Counted from the stretch's first letter, positions 25,748 through 37,549 are shown. The stretch: DNA of 64,000 nucleotides from Patescibacteria group bacterium (GCA_028718605.1 JAQULM010000002.1:193776-257775), one strand, 5' to 3'. The notes: generated from the sequence alone by a model not told the origin. Translations and numbers: made by a program.

Positions 25748-25856
25748 CGTTGCCTCCTTTCTCCGCGTATGGAACGTGCTGGGCCCCCGATAGTAAAGAT
25801 CAGTGGAAATATTCAGACAATAATAGCCCGAAAAATTAGATTTGTCAATGGTATTC

Positions 25857-25886
25857 AAAAACCCGTACGGATTTTCCCCGTACGGG
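25857..25886 (-). terminator. recA terminator
   Basis: CCCGTACGG / CCGTACGGG stem followed by T5 on the minus strand. Confidence 0.75.
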
Positions 25887-25913
25887 CCCATTATTCAACA
25901 TGCTATGGAAATC

Positions 25914-26957
25914 CTATGCGGCGCGCTCTCGCTCTGCCTGTTCTGCTGCTTCAAAGACTTTCTTCTTGATCTCCTCGACGAGTTTCTGGTTCGCTCTCAG
26001 CGCGAGGCGCGCTGCCTCATGGCCGACGCCGAGCTTAGTTTCACCATATTCAAACGTATTGCCGACTTTTTTCACAACACCATTCAAAACGCCGGCATCG
26101 AGCACATCGCCTGCGATTGAAATTCCTTCATTATACATGATGTCAAACTCGCACGTGCGGAACGGCGGGGCAACCTTGTTCTTCACGATCTTGCACTTGA
26201 CGCGGTTGCCGATCGACAGGTCGCCTTTCTTGATCTGCGCCGCGCGGCGCACTTCGATGCGGACAGAGGCGTAGAATTTCAGCGCCATGCCTCCGGTCGT
26301 GGTTTCGGGATTGCCGAAGAAGACGCCGATTTTCATGCGCGTCTGGTTGATAAAAATGACGACGGTTTTCGTCTTCGAAACGATACCCGCGAGCTTCCGG
26401 AGCGCCTGGCTCATGAGCCGCGCCTGTAAACCCATGTGCTGATCACCCATTTCACCCTCAATTTCCGCTTTCGGTACGAGCGCGGCAACCGAATCGATAA
26501 CGACCACATCGACGCCATTTGACCGGACCAGCGTCTCGGTGATTTCCAGCGCTTGCTCGCCGGTATCCGGCTGGGAAATTAATAGTTCATCAATATTAAC
26601 GCCAATTTTCTTCGCGTACTCCGGATCCAACGCGTGCTCAGCATCGACGAACGCCGCGGTACCGCCCATGCGCTGGACTGAGGCAACGACATGCTGTGCG
26701 AGCGTCGTCTTGCCGGACGCTTCGGGACCGTAAATCTCGATGATGCGGCCGCGCGGTACGCCGCCGACACCGAGTGCGAGGTCGAGCGAGAGGCACCCTG
26801 TCGGAACGGCATCAACCTGGATTTTCTTCGCCTCACCGAGGCGCATGATGGAACCGTCGCCGAAACGCTCTTTGATCTGTTCTATCGCTTCCTGCGCTGC
26901 ACGCGCTTTTCCGTGCTTGGCGCTGTCTTCGCTGCTGGTATGGTGTTGTTTTGGCAT
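25914..26957 (-). CDS. recA: Recombinase RecA
   Basis: [10 protein letters not shown]-loop, [42 protein letters not shown]. Confidence 0.99.
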   Translation of the reverse strand: MPKQHHTSSEDSAKHGKARAAQEAIEQIKERFGDGSIMRLGEAKKIQVDAVPTGCLSLDLALGVGGVPRGRIIEIYGPEASGKTTLAQHVVASVQRMGGTAAFVDAEHALDPEYAKKIGVNIDELLISQPDTGEQALEITETLVRSNGVDVVVIDSVAALVPKAEIEGEMGDQHMGLQARLMSQALRKLAGIVSKTKTVVIFINQTRMKIGVFFGNPETTTGGMALKFYASVRIEVRRAAQIKKGDLSIGNRVKCKIVKNKVAPPFRTCEFDIMYNEGISIAGDVLDAGVLNGVVKKVGNTFEYGETKLGVGHEAARLALRANQKLVEEIKKKVFEAAEQAERERAA

Positions 26958-26971
26958 AGGAAAAAAATTAT

Positions 26972-27664
26972 TTATTGGCTCGTTGGTTCATCGGGTGCTC
27001 GTTGTACGACCCGGCGCGTAATAATAGCTTCTTTGCTCCGTTTTGTGTGTGCGGTTACCGTAATGGTATTCACACCGCCCGTCAGGTCGATCTTTTCGGA
27101 AAACGTACCATCGGAGCTCAGAATAACATTCTTACCATTGATCGCAACCGTCGCTTCAGGAACGGTACGCCCTTCGAGGAGCACCTGGCGCTCCGTAATA
27201 ATAGCATAATCAACAGGATTACTCACCACAAGTTCCGGGGGTGCAAATATCTCGGTAACTTTAAAAATTACATACCCGAGACACGCCCCAATCACGATGA
27301 CGATGAAAATAATCCGGAAAAGTTTCGGGGTAATGTAGGCGCGGGGAACCGAGTGTTTCGGAGTGAAGAGCCGCCCCTTGGCATGGTCTCGGATGACTTT
27401 TTTCTCCTGCTGGCGGTATAATCCGAGCACAAAATCGGCACTGACATTCAGAAACCGGGCATACTCCCGCAGGAACCCCTCGATATATACATGGCCCGGC
27501 AGCTCCTGGTACGCTCCCCGTTCCAGTGCGGCGAGGTACTCCGCCCGTATCTGGGTTGCCGCTGCGGCTTCATCGACGGTTTTGCCCATTTCTTCGCGTA
27601 CTTTCCGCAAGCGTTCACCCAGGGTTTTCGAACGCTCCACTCTCCGTGTTGAAAAAATATGCAT
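26972..27664 (-). CDS. RodZ-like protein: Xre HTH + TM + C-terminal Ig-like domain
   Basis: [11 protein letters not shown]...[23 protein letters not shown], then [19 protein letters not shown]; lies between ftsK and recA. Confidence 0.85.
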   Translation of the reverse strand: MHIFSTRRVERSKTLGERLRKVREEMGKTVDEAAAATQIRAEYLAALERGAYQELPGHVYIEGFLREYARFLNVSADFVLGLYRQQEKKVIRDHAKGRLFTPKHSVPRAYITPKLFRIIFIVIVIGACLGYVIFKVTEIFAPPELVVSNPVDYAIITERQVLLEGRTVPEATVAINGKNVILSSDGTFSEKIDLTGGVNTITVTAHTKRSKEAIITRRVVQRAPDEPTSQ

Positions 27665-27684
27665 AAGCTCCTGATGCCAACAAC

Positions 27685-29979
27685 TTATTGAGGGTCTTCC
27701 GGCGCTCCCGCATCATCTTCCGGATTCTCGGGTGGATACTCGTCCGTCCCCTCGTCCGGATACGCATCGTGGTCTGGCGCGCCATCCCGGGGAACGAGAA
27801 TTTCACGCGGTTTTGCGCCGTCGCCAGGCCCAATAACACCCTGTTCCTCCATAATATCAAGCAAGCGGGCAGCGCGGGCATACCCAACCCGCAACCGCCG
27901 CTGGAGCAGCGATGCCGACGCTTTTCCCGTTTTGATAACGAGGTCTTTCGCCTGGCTCAGGAGCTCGTCGTCGCCCATGTCTTCAAAATTTCCTACAAGC
28001 GTACGGTCAACAACCTTGACAGTCACGTCCTCCTGGTATTCCGGCGTCCCCTGGCTCTTCAGGAAACTCGCAATGCGCGTAATCTCCTGATCAGTGACAT
28101 ACGCGCACTGGAGGCGTTTAGGTTTGGATAATTGGGAGGATATATAGAGCATATCGCCTCGCCCCAGCAGTTTTTCTGCCCCCGAAGAATCCAAAATCGT
28201 GCGAGAGTCAACGACGGATGCCACCGAGAAAGCGATGCGTGTGGTGATGTTCGCTTTAATCAATCCGGTGATAATATCGACCGACGGGCGCTGGGTAGCG
28301 AGTATCAGGTGGATGCCGACTGCGCGCGCCATCTGGGCAAGCCGTATAATCGCGGCCTCCACTTCATTCGCGGCGACAGACATTAAATCAGCAAGCTCAT
28401 CAATCACGACAACCAGATATGGCATAGTATTCCCGTTGTCACTATTGTACGCGTGGATATCGCGGTGCCCGGTTTTCGACAGGAGCTGGAACCGGCGATC
28501 CATCTCCGCGACAACCCACCGCAGTGCGTTAATCGTCTTGTCAATTTCGTTAATGACGGGGGTGATGAGATGCGGGATTCCATTGTAGACGGAGAATTCG
28601 ACCCGTTTCGGATCAATGAGAATAAGTTTGAGCTCGTCTGGCGAATTTTGGTACAGGAGGCTCAGCAGTATGGTATTGAGGCACACTGATTTTCCGGAAC
28701 CTGTTGCGCCAGCAACCAGCAGGTGCGGCATCGGATCGACATCGGCGAGCCAGATGTGCCCCGCGACGTCTTTGCCGACGCCGATGGTCAGCTTCGACTT
28801 GCGCTTCTTGAATTCGCGGCTGGTCAGCACGTCCTTAAGTTTAACGATCGCAACTGCCTGGTTCGGCACCTCGATGCCAACCAACGACTTGCCTGGAATC
28901 GGCGCCTCAATACGGATCGGGTGCGCTGCGAGTGCGAGCGCAAGGTCGTTTGACAGTGAAGTGATCTGGGCAAGTTTGACGCCCTCGGCCGGCTTCAGCG
29001 TATACTGGGTAACCGTCGGGCCAACTTTCACTTCGTCCATTTCAACTTCAATCCCAAAATTATACAGCGTCCGCTGGATTTTCTCTTTATGCGCCTCGAT
29101 ATCTCCGCTCAGCGGCTTGGTCGTGCTCGCATCAAGCAGGTCGAGTGGAATCTCGACACGCTTCCGTACCGTTGGCCGCGGAGCGCCGAAAAGCCCAAGT
29201 TGCTCCTCCTTCGCAGACTGGGTTGCCGCATTCGGAGTTACGGATTGCGCCGCTTGACCGGCAACCTCCTTCACGCCAAACACCGCTTCCTGAGAAGTTC
29301 CGCCATCGTCCGCCCGGGATGAAGCCTCATCGCCCTCTTCTGGCTCATTCAGATTACTGCGCAACCGCGAAGAAAATTCACCGAACCGCCCTGTCATCCG
29401 GCGTACAACTGAACCGCTCCGGTACAACCGCTGAAGAGAAATATCAAACAGTACCATTACCGAAACTATCAGAATAGCAAAGAGTAGCACACCGCCTGCC
29501 CACGGCCCAAGCGCTTTCTGCACCGGATATGAAAGAATGAGCCCACTATACCCCCCGCCACGACCATCTGCAAAGTGCTTCATCATCTCTCCCGATGGAA
29601 CGAATACGAGGTGCAATATCGACGTTATGCTCAGTATGAAAAGCCCGCATCCGATATAATTCATGGTACGGAGGGCAAATTGCTGTGGCCGCAATGCAAT
29701 ATACCCAAAAACGAACAAGAGGAGGGGGATTATAAACCTGCCCCAGCCGAATCCATACACCAGCCCGGTATTGATCATTTCTCCGAATCTCCCCGCCCAC
29801 CCGCATAAACTGAACAGTGTGAGCACGGCAAATGTAAAAATGATGACAACAATTATTCCGCGCTTCGTTTCAGACCGCAGCCGAGGAGCGGCGAGCGGAG
29901 CAGCAGGACGTTCACGCTCATCGTGATCCGCCTCTCTCTTATACTCCTTCAAATATTCTTTTTTTGTCTTCTTCGACAT
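27685..29979 (-). CDS. ftsK: DNA translocase FtsK/SpoIIIE
   Basis: N-terminal TM helices, PHLLVAGATGSGKS, IDELADLM, LATQRPSVD, C-terminal gamma domain (ASASLLQRRLRVGYARAAR). Confidence 0.97.
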   Translation of the reverse strand: MSKKTKKEYLKEYKREADHDERERPAAPLAAPRLRSETKRGIIVVIIFTFAVLTLFSLCGWAGRFGEMINTGLVYGFGWGRFIIPLLLFVFGYIALRPQQFALRTMNYIGCGLFILSITSILHLVFVPSGEMMKHFADGRGGGYSGLILSYPVQKALGPWAGGVLLFAILIVSVMVLFDISLQRLYRSGSVVRRMTGRFGEFSSRLRSNLNEPEEGDEASSRADDGGTSQEAVFGVKEVAGQAAQSVTPNAATQSAKEEQLGLFGAPRPTVRKRVEIPLDLLDASTTKPLSGDIEAHKEKIQRTLYNFGIEVEMDEVKVGPTVTQYTLKPAEGVKLAQITSLSNDLALALAAHPIRIEAPIPGKSLVGIEVPNQAVAIVKLKDVLTSREFKKRKSKLTIGVGKDVAGHIWLADVDPMPHLLVAGATGSGKSVCLNTILLSLLYQNSPDELKLILIDPKRVEFSVYNGIPHLITPVINEIDKTINALRWVVAEMDRRFQLLSKTGHRDIHAYNSDNGNTMPYLVVVIDELADLMSVAANEVEAAIIRLAQMARAVGIHLILATQRPSVDIITGLIKANITTRIAFSVASVVDSRTILDSSGAEKLLGRGDMLYISSQLSKPKRLQCAYVTDQEITRIASFLKSQGTPEYQEDVTVKVVDRTLVGNFEDMGDDELLSQAKDLVIKTGKASASLLQRRLRVGYARAARLLDIMEEQGVIGPGDGAKPREILVPRDGAPDHDAYPDEGTDEYPPENPEDDAGAPEDPQ

Positions 29980-30120
29980 ACGCCTGCAGTGTCGTTTTGG
30001 TTCACTTATGGATGCAGTGTATCACGTATACGAGCCTGTTTCAATCAAAATGGACCTTCATTTGTAATGCAGGGGAAGGTTTGCGGAATGCAGAGACGAC
30101 GCGAGAGACACCGGAAAATA

Positions 30121-33100
30121 TTACGTGCGGTGGAATCCCGTTCCTGCAGGAATGAGCTTGCCGATGATCACGTTTTCTTTCAGTCCTCGGAGATGGTCGA
30201 CCTTCCCGGACACGGCAGCATCAATAAGGACACGTGCCGTCTCCTGGAAAGACGCTGCCGACAGGAAGCTGTCGATCGAAAGGGATGCCTTGGTGATTCC
30301 GAGCAGCAGCTGCTCGCCGATAGCCGGTTTTCCGCCTTTTTTCTTCGCTTCATCGTTTGCCTCGACAAAACGCGTCCGCTCAATGATCTCGCCGGAAAGA
30401 AAACTCGTATCGCCGGGTTCCTTGATATACACCCGCGAGAACATCTGCCGGATTACGATCTCGATATGCTTGTCGTTCAATTTTTGGCCCTGGGATGAAT
30501 AAATGTATTGGATTTCTTTCAAAATGTACCGCTCAACCGCCTCTTGCCCGGAAAGGTAAAATAATTGGTGCAAGTCGAGGCTGCCGTCCGTCAGCTGGTC
30601 ACCGACATTCACGAGATCTCCGTCCTTGATCCATGGCAGCTGCCCCGTCGGCACTTGGTACTCTTTTTTCTTGTCACGTTCGGCAACAATAGTAATTTTC
30701 CCGTTGGCAACTCTTGCGGTACCTCCCAAACGCGCTTTTATCTCAGTGGTGCCGTCAATATACAGAACTTGATCGGCGTTTACCGTTTCGCCGTCCTTCA
30801 CCTTGACGGTTATTCCCTTGGTGCGCTTGGGGAGCGGATACTCAGTTTCATCAATGCCCCGATGGGCTACAACGATTTTTTTCATGTTCTTGCCCTCATC
30901 AACAATCGACGCTTTCCCGGTAACTCCTGCGATCAACGCCGGCCGCCGGATTGGCCGCGCCTCGAAGAGCTCTTCAACGCGGGGCAACCCCTGGGTGATA
31001 TCCTGCCCTGCGACGCCGCCCGTATGGAACGTCCGCATGGTGAGCTGCGTGCCGGGTTCGCCGATACTCTGTGCCGCAATGATACCGATTGCGGTGCCGA
31101 ATTCAACAGTTTTATTGAAACCGAGGTCGTACCCATAGCACGTCTGGCACAAACCCCAGCGAGTCTTGCAACGCAAGCTTGAACGGATCTTCAATTCGGC
31201 AAGCTTGAGCTTGGCGATCTTGGGCAGATCGGATTCAGTGATAACTTGGCTGGCCTTCACGAGAACCTTCTTGCCCTTGGGATCAATGATGTCCTCGACA
31301 GGAGCACGTCCAAGCATGCGGTTCTCAAAGTCTTCGCCCATCTGGTCGCTTTCTGCCCGGGTAATCAGGAAGCCTTCCGTATCACCACAATCCTCCTCGG
31401 TGATGATGACATCCTGCGACACGTCAATCAGGCGGCGCGTGAGATACCCTGCGTTCGCAGTTCGGAGAGCGGTATCGGACAAGCCTTTACGCGCACCGTG
31501 AGTTGATATGAAATACTCGAGCACGTCAAATCCTTCCTTGAAGCTTCCGCGGACCGGCAGCTCGATCGTCTCACCGGCAGGGTTCGTCACGAGGCCTTTC
31601 ATGCCCATCATCTGTGTCGTTTGCGCCCAAGAACCGCGTGCGCCCGATTCAATCATCGAAAAAACAGAACCTTGCGGATTCAGCGCTTCGCGGCTCGCCT
31701 TCTGTATGCGGTCCTTCGCCTGCGCCCAGAGCTCGATGACCTTCATGTGGCGCTCGTCATTGGTCAATAACCCCTGCTCATAGTGAGCCTGAACTTCATC
31801 AAGGAGCGTCTCCGCTTCGTGGATAATCATGTATTTATCATCCGGAGTCACCAGATCGCCCATTCCCCAGCTGATGCCGGACGTCGTCAGATAGCGGAAC
31901 GACAGCTTTTTCACCTTATCCAGCAGTATAACCACCTCTTCACGTGGAAGCTTATGGAGGAATGTGCTGATGAGCTTGGTCAAAGACCGCCGATCAATGA
32001 CCTCATTGATGAAACCAGTGCCGGCGGGAAGCACACTGTTGAAAATAATGCGCCCGGATGACGTAAGAAACATCTCCTTCCCTATCTTCACGCGAACTTC
32101 ATCCTGTATATGAATACGCCCAAGCTGGTATGCGGTAAGTGTTTCTTCAACCGAGCAAAAGCTCTTCAGGGTTTCAGCCGGATGCTGCTTCATCATCGTC
32201 AGATAGTAGCACCCGAGCACGATATCCTGGGTTGGTGAAATTATTGGCGAACCAGTCGAGGGTTTCAATAAGTTTTTTATCGAAGCAATGAGGTCTGCTG
32301 CTTCCTTCTTCGCATTTTCAGTCAACGGGACATGCACGGCCATCTGGTCGCCGTCAAAGTCAGCATTGAACGCCGGGCAAACGAGGGGGTGTATCTGGAT
32401 CGCCTTGCCTTCGATGAGAACCGGCCTGAACGCCTGGATGCCTAAGCGGTGGAGCGTCGGCGCGCGATTGAGGAGGACGTGGGCGCCGCGGGTCACCTCT
32501 TCAAGGATATCCCATACTTCAGCCCTGCCTGCCTCGATAAAACGGCTGGCGCTTCGGACGTTGTGCACGAATTCACGCTTAATCAATTGGCTGATGATAA
32601 ATGGTTTAAAAAGTTCCAGCGCCATCCGCTTGGGCAATCCGCACTCATCCATCTTCAGGTGCGGACCGACGACAATAACTGACCGGCCCGAGTAATCGAC
32701 GCGCTTCCCCAAGAGGTTCTGACGGAACCGGCCTTGTTTGCCCTTCAGGATATCGGCAATCGATTTCAGCATGCGCTTTTGGCCTGTTGAGGCAGTGACG
32801 GTCTTGCCGTGTCGGGCGTTGTTGTCGATCAGGGCATCAACCGCTTCCTGCAGCATACGCTTCTCGTTTCGCTGGATGACTTCCGGCGCGTTCAATGCGA
32901 TTAGGCGCTTCAAGCGATTGTTGCGGTTGATGACGCGGCGATACAAATCATTGAGGTCAGAGGCGGCAAACCGGCCGCCATCAAGCTGCACCATAGGACG
33001 GAGGTCCGGCGGAATAACCGGAATGACCGTTAAAATCATCCATTCGGGCCGCAGTTTGTTGATCTGCAAATTCTTGAACAATTTCAGGCGGCGAACCGCG

Positions 33101-33984
33101 CGACGGCGCTTCCCTTCAGGCGCACTTAAAACTTCCGCCTCAAGCCGAACGATTTCCGAGCTGAGATCTATAGCCCGCAGCAGTTCATGGACAGCTTCGG
33201 CGCCAATCGATGCTTCAAATACATGCCCATATTTCAACGAAAGGTCGCGGTACATCTGCTCAGAAATAATCTGCAGGGGACGCAACCCCTTCAGCTCGCG
33301 CTTCGCGAGGTCGACAGCCTCACCGAGGTCCCGCAGTTTCTCATCGCGCATCTGGCTATTCGCGGCAAGCTCCTCGTCGAGCTCCTTGATGAACGTACTC
33401 TTCTTCGCCCCTTCTTTTTCTTCTTCGACGTCCTTCGCGCGGCGCTGCTTGATATCATTCGCAATCCTCGAAAACTCCGCTTCGATGGACTTTTTCTTCG
33501 CCTGGTGCTCAACGTCGATCTGTTTCAGGGTTTCTTCGCGGAGCGTATCGTCAACGTGGGTAATAATGTAATTCGCGAAATAAATGACTTTCTCGAGATC
33601 CTGGATTGAGAGGTCGAGGATGAGGCCAATCTTCGACGGAACGCCCCGGAGGAACCAAATGTGCGAAACGGGAGCCGCAAGCTTAATATGCCCCATTCGC
33701 TCGCGACGGACAACGCTCCTCGTGACCTCCACTCCGCACTTGTCGCAGACGATTCCCTTATACCGGACTTTCTTATACTTCCCGCAATAGCACTCCCAGT
33801 CTTTCGTGGGACCAAAAATCTTCTCGCAGAAAAGGCCGTCCTTTTCCGGCTTCTGGGTCCGGTAGTTCACGGTCTCTGGCTTCAGCACCTCGCCGTGGGA
33901 CCAACCCAATATATCTTCAGGCGACCCGAGTTTCAGCCGGATAGCCTTGAATTCAATCGCTTTTTGTTCCCGGTCAAGTATCAT
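30121..33984 (-). CDS. rpoC: RNA polymerase beta' subunit
   Basis: Zn finger CYCGKYK...CDKC, NADFDGDQMAVH, GEPGTQLTMRTFH. Confidence 0.99.
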   Translation of the reverse strand: MILDREQKAIEFKAIRLKLGSPEDILGWSHGEVLKPETVNYRTQKPEKDGLFCEKIFGPTKDWECYCGKYKKVRYKGIVCDKCGVEVTRSVVRRERMGHIKLAAPVSHIWFLRGVPSKIGLILDLSIQDLEKVIYFANYIITHVDDTLREETLKQIDVEHQAKKKSIEAEFSRIANDIKQRRAKDVEEEKEGAKKSTFIKELDEELAANSQMRDEKLRDLGEAVDLAKRELKGLRPLQIISEQMYRDLSLKYGHVFEASIGAEAVHELLRAIDLSSEIVRLEAEVLSAPEGKRRRAVRRLKLFKNLQINKLRPEWMILTVIPVIPPDLRPMVQLDGGRFAASDLNDLYRRVINRNNRLKRLIALNAPEVIQRNEKRMLQEAVDALIDNNARHGKTVTASTGQKRMLKSIADILKGKQGRFRQNLLGKRVDYSGRSVIVVGPHLKMDECGLPKRMALELFKPFIISQLIKREFVHNVRSASRFIEAGRAEVWDILEEVTRGAHVLLNRAPTLHRLGIQAFRPVLIEGKAIQIHPLVCPAFNADFDGDQMAVHVPLTENAKKEAADLIASIKNLLKPSTGSPIISPTQDIVLGCYYLTMMKQHPAETLKSFCSVEETLTAYQLGRIHIQDEVRVKIGKEMFLTSSGRIIFNSVLPAGTGFINEVIDRRSLTKLISTFLHKLPREEVVILLDKVKKLSFRYLTTSGISWGMGDLVTPDDKYMIIHEAETLLDEVQAHYEQGLLTNDERHMKVIELWAQAKDRIQKASREALNPQGSVFSMIESGARGSWAQTTQMMGMKGLVTNPAGETIELPVRGSFKEGFDVLEYFISTHGARKGLSDTALRTANAGYLTRRLIDVSQDVIITEEDCGDTEGFLITRAESDQMGEDFENRMLGRAPVEDIIDPKGKKVLVKASQVITESDLPKIAKLKLAELKIRSSLRCKTRWGLCQTCYGYDLGFNKTVEFGTAIGIIAAQSIGEPGTQLTMRTFHTGGVAGQDITQGLPRVEELFEARPIRRPALIAGVTGKASIVDEGKNMKKIVVAHRGIDETEYPLPKRTKGITVKVKDGETVNADQVLYIDGTTEIKARLGGTARVANGKITIVAERDKKKEYQVPTGQLPWIKDGDLVNVGDQLTDGSLDLHQLFYLSGQEAVERYILKEIQYIYSSQGQKLNDKHIEIVIRQMFSRVYIKEPGDTSFLSGEIIERTRFVEANDEAKKKGGKPAIGEQLLLGITKASLSIDSFLSAASFQETARVLIDAAVSGKVDHLRGLKENVIIGKLIPAGTGFHRT

Positions 33985-33989
33985 AAGTG

Positions 33990-36900
33990 TTATTGTTTCT
34001 CCGGTTTAGCCGCCGTAGCGTCCCCCTCATCACGATTTTTCCGTGGTTCATCGCCCTCAATCGAACCGCCGATAAGTTCAATATCAAGGCAGAGGCCCTT
34101 GAGCTCGCGTACGAGGACATTGAATGATTCCGGAATATTCAACCGCTTGATCGGCTCGCCTTTGATAATCGCTTCATACGCTTTTGAGCGACCTGGAACA
34201 TCATCAGATTTAATAGTCAGCATTTCCTGCAATGTATGCGCCGCACCGTACGCCTCGAGTGCCCATACCTCCATTTCACCGAATCGTTGGCCGCCGAACT
34301 GCGCTTTGCCTCCCAAGGGCTGCTGTGTTACCAAGGAATACGGACCGATGGATCGCATGTGGATCTTGTCTTCAACAAGATGGTTCAGCTTCATCATATA
34401 TATATAACCGACGGTCACCTTCTGGTCGAATGTTTCGCCTGTCCTTCCGTCACGAAGCCTGATTTTGCCGTCTTCCGAAAAACCAGCGCGCACGAGCTCC
34501 GACCGGATTATTTCTTCAGATACGCCATTCAAAGCCGGGCTGGCCACCGTATAGCCGAGCGCATGTGCTGCCATGCCAAGGTGTGTTTCCAATATTTGGC
34601 CAAGGTTCATACGAGACGCCACACCGAGCGGGTTCAAGACAATATCTACCGGCGTCCCATCCGCCATGTACGGCATATCCTCGTCTGCAACGATGCGGGA
34701 AATCACGCCCTTGTTCCCATGCCGGCCGGCCATTTTGTCGCCGACCTGGACTTTACGCAGCTGCGCGACGGAAACCTGGATCGATTTGATAATACCGGAC
34801 GGGAGCTTGTCGCCCCGGTCGCGGGAAAATATCTTCACATCGACGACTTTGCCATGCTCACCGTGCTCAAGGTATAGCGAACTGTCTTTTACGTCTTTCG
34901 CTTTTTCCCCGAAGATAGCCCGCAAGAGTTTCTCTTCTGCTGAGAGTTCTGTTTCGCCTTTCGGCGTAATTTTGCCGACAAGAATGTCACCAGAAGAAAC
35001 TTCTGCGCCGATCCGGATGATGCCTTCTTCATCAAGGTCTTTTAATTTGTCCTCGCCAATATTGGGAATGTCCCGCGTCACAACTTCAGGCCCGAGTTTC
35101 GTGTCACGCACGTCAACCATATAATCCTCGATGTGAATCGAGGTGAACCGGTCTTCCTGCACGAGCCGGTCGGATATGAGGATGGCGTCTTCGTAGTTGC
35201 CGCCCTCCCACGACATAAATGCGACGAGGATATTCTGCCCGAGCGCAAGTTCGCCGCCCTGCGTTGCGGGGCCATCCGCGAGCACCTCTCCCGCTTTTAC
35301 CTCTTGGCCGACGTTGACGACTGACCGTTGGTTAACACACGTCGATGCATTAGACCGAACAAATTTTTTGAGCAGATACTTTTTCATTGCGCCCGATTTT
35401 TCCTGAACCTGGATCTCACGGCCATCCGCATGCACGACCTTACCGTCGTTCGCCGCAACGATGATCTGGCCGGAATCCCGGGCTGCCTTGTATTCGATCC
35501 CGGTGCCGACGAGCGGCGTGTCGGGATTGACGCACGGCACGGCTTGGCGCTGCATATTGGATCCCATGAGCGCGCGGACGGCATCATCGTGCTCAAGGAA
35601 AGGGATCAATGCGGTTGTAACGCTAATAATTTGGTACGGCGCCACATCCATATAATCAACCATGGCGACAGACTGCACGGTCGGCTCGCCATGGAGCCGT
35701 ACTTCTGCCCGCTCATTGACGAAATACCCGTCGTCGTTAATCGGCGTTGTCGCCGCAGTCGTCACGTAGCGCTCCTCAACAAATGCATCGAGAAGGACAA
35801 TCTCTTTTGTCACCCGCGGTTTTACTGGAATCGTTTTTGCGCCGGTCGTTTCGAGCTGCTTGGCAAGATCCCGAGTGATCGTATCGCCTGCATGCCCAAC
35901 AACCGTACCGCTTTCGTTCGGGATATCGCTGCGGAGGATTTCGCCCTCCGTCACTGACGCCTTGTTTTCAATATCATGCACTACCTTGCGGAACGGGGTC
36001 TCGATAAAGCCAAAATCATTAATGCGCGCGTAGCACGATAAATGGCCAACAAGGCCGATATTCGGCCCTTCTGGCGTGGCAATCGGGCAGATACGGCCAT
36101 AGTGGGTGCTATGGACGTCGCGTACGTCGAATCCTGCGCGTTCCCGCGACAAGCCCCCGGGACCCATAGCCGACAGGCGGCGCTTATGCTCCAGCTCGGC
36201 CAGAGGATTCGTCTGGTCCATGAACTGCGAGAGCTGCGAGGACATGAAGAATTCTTTGATCGCGCCGATGATCGGCCGCGCGTTGATCAGCTGGTTCGGC
36301 GTCAGGGTATTGATATCAAGCGTCGACATACGGTCTTTCACGATACGCTCCATGCGTGCAAGGCCGACGCGGAACTTATTCTGCACGAGCTCGCCGATCG
36401 CGCGGACGCGCCGGTTGCCGAGGTGGTCAATATCATCGGGTGCTTCCTGGGTCTTATTGAGGCGGATGACCTCTTTCACGATCGCGACGAGATCGTCCTT
36501 CTGGAGTACCCGGTGTTCCTTGTCATTCGGAAACGTAAAGCCGAACCGCTGGTTCAATTTATAGCGGCCAACACGGCCAAAATCATAGCGGTCAAAGCTG
36601 AAAAACATTTTGAAGATAAGATCGCGTGCATTATCGACTGTCGCCAGGTCGCCCGGCCGCACGCGCTTGTACACCTCTTTCAGGCCTTCCGCTTCGTTCC
36701 GAGCGGCATCCTTTGCCAGTGTCGTTTCGATGTACCGGATATCCGGGTCATTATCGACGTCGCTGAACAAGTTTTTTATCTCTTCATCAGAACCGTAGCC
36801 GAAAGCCCGCATCAGTGAAGTTACCGGCACTTTGCGCTTGCGGTCGATCTTCACGGAAATGATATTGTTCATGTCGGTTTCCAGCTCGAGCCAAGCGCCG

Positions 36901-37421
36901 CGGTTCGGGATGATTTTCGCGCCGTAGTGCCGCTTGTCACGGATTGTCTCGGAGTTAAAAAATACGCCAGCTGAACGGATCAGCTGGCTTACCACGACGC
37001 GCTCGATGCCATTGATGACAAACGTGCCGCGATCAGTCATGATCGGGAAATCACCGAGGTAAATTTCCTGTTCCTTGATTTCGCCCGTCTTCTTGTTCAC
37101 CAGCTTGGTCTCGACACGCAACGGCGCTTCGAACGTCACGTTCTTCTCCCGTGCCGTCCACTCGTCGAACCGGGGTTCATCAAGATAATAATTGAGGAAA
37201 TACAATTCAAGGTCGCGTCCAATAAAATCCCTGATCGGCGAAATCTCATCGAAGAGCTCGCGCAGGCCGGATTCCAAAAGCCATGCGTATGAAGATTTCT
37301 GGACATCAATCAGATCAGGCAACTCAATGGCAGCCTGAATTTCTGAAAAATGCTTTCGGGTTGATGCCGATACGGCAACAGTCGATGAAGTAGACATAAA
37401 ATAAACCCTCTTCTTTGTCAT
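33990..37421 (-). CDS. rpoB: RNA polymerase beta subunit (start may be 37397)
   Basis: SQLSQFMDQTNPL, GDKMAGRHGNKG, GGQRFGEMEVWALEAYGAA. Confidence 0.99.
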   Translation of the reverse strand: MTKKRVYFMSTSSTVAVSASTRKHFSEIQAAIELPDLIDVQKSSYAWLLESGLRELFDEISPIRDFIGRDLELYFLNYYLDEPRFDEWTAREKNVTFEAPLRVETKLVNKKTGEIKEQEIYLGDFPIMTDRGTFVINGIERVVVSQLIRSAGVFFNSETIRDKRHYGAKIIPNRGAWLELETDMNNIISVKIDRKRKVPVTSLMRAFGYGSDEEIKNLFSDVDNDPDIRYIETTLAKDAARNEAEGLKEVYKRVRPGDLATVDNARDLIFKMFFSFDRYDFGRVGRYKLNQRFGFTFPNDKEHRVLQKDDLVAIVKEVIRLNKTQEAPDDIDHLGNRRVRAIGELVQNKFRVGLARMERIVKDRMSTLDINTLTPNQLINARPIIGAIKEFFMSSQLSQFMDQTNPLAELEHKRRLSAMGPGGLSRERAGFDVRDVHSTHYGRICPIATPEGPNIGLVGHLSCYARINDFGFIETPFRKVVHDIENKASVTEGEILRSDIPNESGTVVGHAGDTITRDLAKQLETTGAKTIPVKPRVTKEIVLLDAFVEERYVTTAATTPINDDGYFVNERAEVRLHGEPTVQSVAMVDYMDVAPYQIISVTTALIPFLEHDDAVRALMGSNMQRQAVPCVNPDTPLVGTGIEYKAARDSGQIIVAANDGKVVHADGREIQVQEKSGAMKKYLLKKFVRSNASTCVNQRSVVNVGQEVKAGEVLADGPATQGGELALGQNILVAFMSWEGGNYEDAILISDRLVQEDRFTSIHIEDYMVDVRDTKLGPEVVTRDIPNIGEDKLKDLDEEGIIRIGAEVSSGDILVGKITPKGETELSAEEKLLRAIFGEKAKDVKDSSLYLEHGEHGKVVDVKIFSRDRGDKLPSGIIKSIQVSVAQLRKVQVGDKMAGRHGNKGVISRIVADEDMPYMADGTPVDIVLNPLGVASRMNLGQILETHLGMAAHALGYTVASPALNGVSEEIIRSELVRAGFSEDGKIRLRDGRTGETFDQKVTVGYIYMMKLNHLVEDKIHMRSIGPYSLVTQQPLGGKAQFGGQRFGEMEVWALEAYGAAHTLQEMLTIKSDDVPGRSKAYEAIIKGEPIKRLNIPESFNVLVRELKGLCLDIELIGGSIEGDEPRKNRDEGDATAAKPEKQ

Positions 37422-37520
37422 ACAACAAAGAAAAGAGTGCCTCGTTTACTAATTTCGACTATCGATAAACGTCATTCAATGTTTGCGACGTTCCCTTTAT
37501 ATAAGGAATTTGTGCTTAGG

Positions 37521-37549
37521 AGTGTAGCAGATGAGTATTGGTATGTCAA
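37521..37549 (-). promoter_or_regulatory. rpoBC promoter
   Basis: TTGACA-17 nt-TACACT on the minus strand. Confidence 0.65.

Noticed and set aside
25748-25891. N-terminal extension of the 188-aa track ORF (likewise 54261-54464 and 45202-45267)
   Set aside because: They run through terminators, promoters, repeats or intergenic T-tracts; better starts lie downstream
30121-37421. Possible inteins or introns in rpoB/rpoC
   Set aside because: Lengths are ordinary and no intein motifs were seen; the charged insert in RpoC looks like a lineage-specific coiled coil
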